Part shown: piece after piece, positions 63,440-64,000 of the stretch
Layout: each line of letters starts with the position of its first letter
How positions within the stretch are numbered: position 1 is the first letter of the stretch
Source of the DNA: an uncultured cyanobacterium
GTDB taxonomy: Bacteria; Cyanobacteriota; Cyanobacteriia; CAKZMO01
DNA length: 64,000 nt
NCBI GenBank assembly: GCA_963719515.1
Contig: CAVRCJ010000014.1
Location: 128,001 to 192,000 of the forward strand
Direction: 5' to 3'
The notes under the pieces: model-generated
The model's database searches: none
What the model saw: only the letters and a program-made list of their open reading frames with translations
Told to the model about the DNA's origin: nothing
Translations under genes and position numbers: made by a program

Positions 63440-64000
63440 CTACGCCACCCAGCCTTTCGTCCGGTCCACGGCCTTACTCCACAGTTCGAAGTTTTCCTGC
63501 ACGGCAGCTGCCCGATCGCTAGGTTCGAAGACCCGATCAATTTTCCGCCCCTCGATCAGGCTGCGGTAGTCCTCCCAAAAGCCCACCGCCAGACCTGCGC
63601 CAAACGCTGCCCCCTGGGCGGTGGCATCTAAAATTGCCGGACGCTCCACTGGAATGCCCAGGGCATCCGCCTGAAACTGCATCAAAAAGTCGTTATTGCA
63701 GGCCCCGCCGTCTACCTTCAGCTGCTTTACCCGGGTACCTGAATCCTGATTGATGGCCTCCACCACTTCACAGGCCTGGTAGGCAATGGCCTCTAGCACC
63801 GAGCGCACCAGGTGAGCCCGGCTGGCCCCCTGGGTAAGGCCCAAAAACGCGCCCCGCGCCGACATATCCCAATGGGGAGCCCCTAGTCCGCTCAGGGCCG
63901 GGACGAAGTAGACGCCGCCGTTGTCCTCAACGCTGGCGGCTAGGCCTCCAGTTTCCGCCGCGCTGCTGATAATTTTGAGGCCGTCCCGCAGCCACTGCAC
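63440..64000 (-). CDS. glpK: Glycerol kinase (C-terminal part)
   Basis: [41 protein letters not shown]. Confidence 0.93.
   Translation of the reverse strand: MQWLRDGLKIISSAAETGGLAASVEDNGGVYFVPALSGLGAPHWDMSARGAFLGLTQGASRAHLVRSVLEAIAYQACEVVEAINQDSGTRVKQLKVDGGACNNDFLMQFQADALGIPVERPAILDATAQGAAFGAGLAVGFWEDYRSLIEGRKIDRVFEPSDRAAAVQENFELWSKAVDRTKGWVA

Noticed and set aside
1..64000. Very frequent GCGATCGC palindrome
   Set aside because: This is the well-known cyanobacterial HIP1 sequence; useful for taxonomy but not novel.

Overview
GC-rich cyanobacterial chromosome segment, as judged by the very frequent HIP1 octamer GCGATCGC and cyanobacteria-type genes (helical carotenoid protein, DUF3146, DUF3318, Npun_R2479-type HD protein). 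Most of it is housekeeping or accessory genes: aroA, aroE, cysE, bolA-grxD, rlmN, recG, rpsB-tsf, rpsP-KH-phoH, cobI, glpK, tRNA-Gly(CCC), a Cu chaperone with P1B-ATPase, two RTX proteins and an S8 protease. The most notable structure is a set of four IS200/IS605-type elements. One is a tnpB-only element (46266-47684) inserted in the region-4 helix of an ECF sigma gene. Three are ~400-bp mini-elements with no transposase or TnpB: near-identical inverted copies at 23643-24034 and 48388-48779, and a second family at 33648-34061. Each mini-element keeps both ends, an extended -10 promoter, an unexplained 5' segment and an omegaRNA-like 3' region. In all four elements the tetranucleotide at +13 of the left end co-varies with the insertion target (AAGT/TTAA, AAGC/TTAG, AAAA/TTAT). 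A second notable locus is an ETR1-like ethylene-binding hybrid histidine kinase just downstream of the Cu chaperone/ATPase pair. Several genes carry single-base frameshifts that may be assembly errors. All calls are from reading the sequence; no database searches were run.
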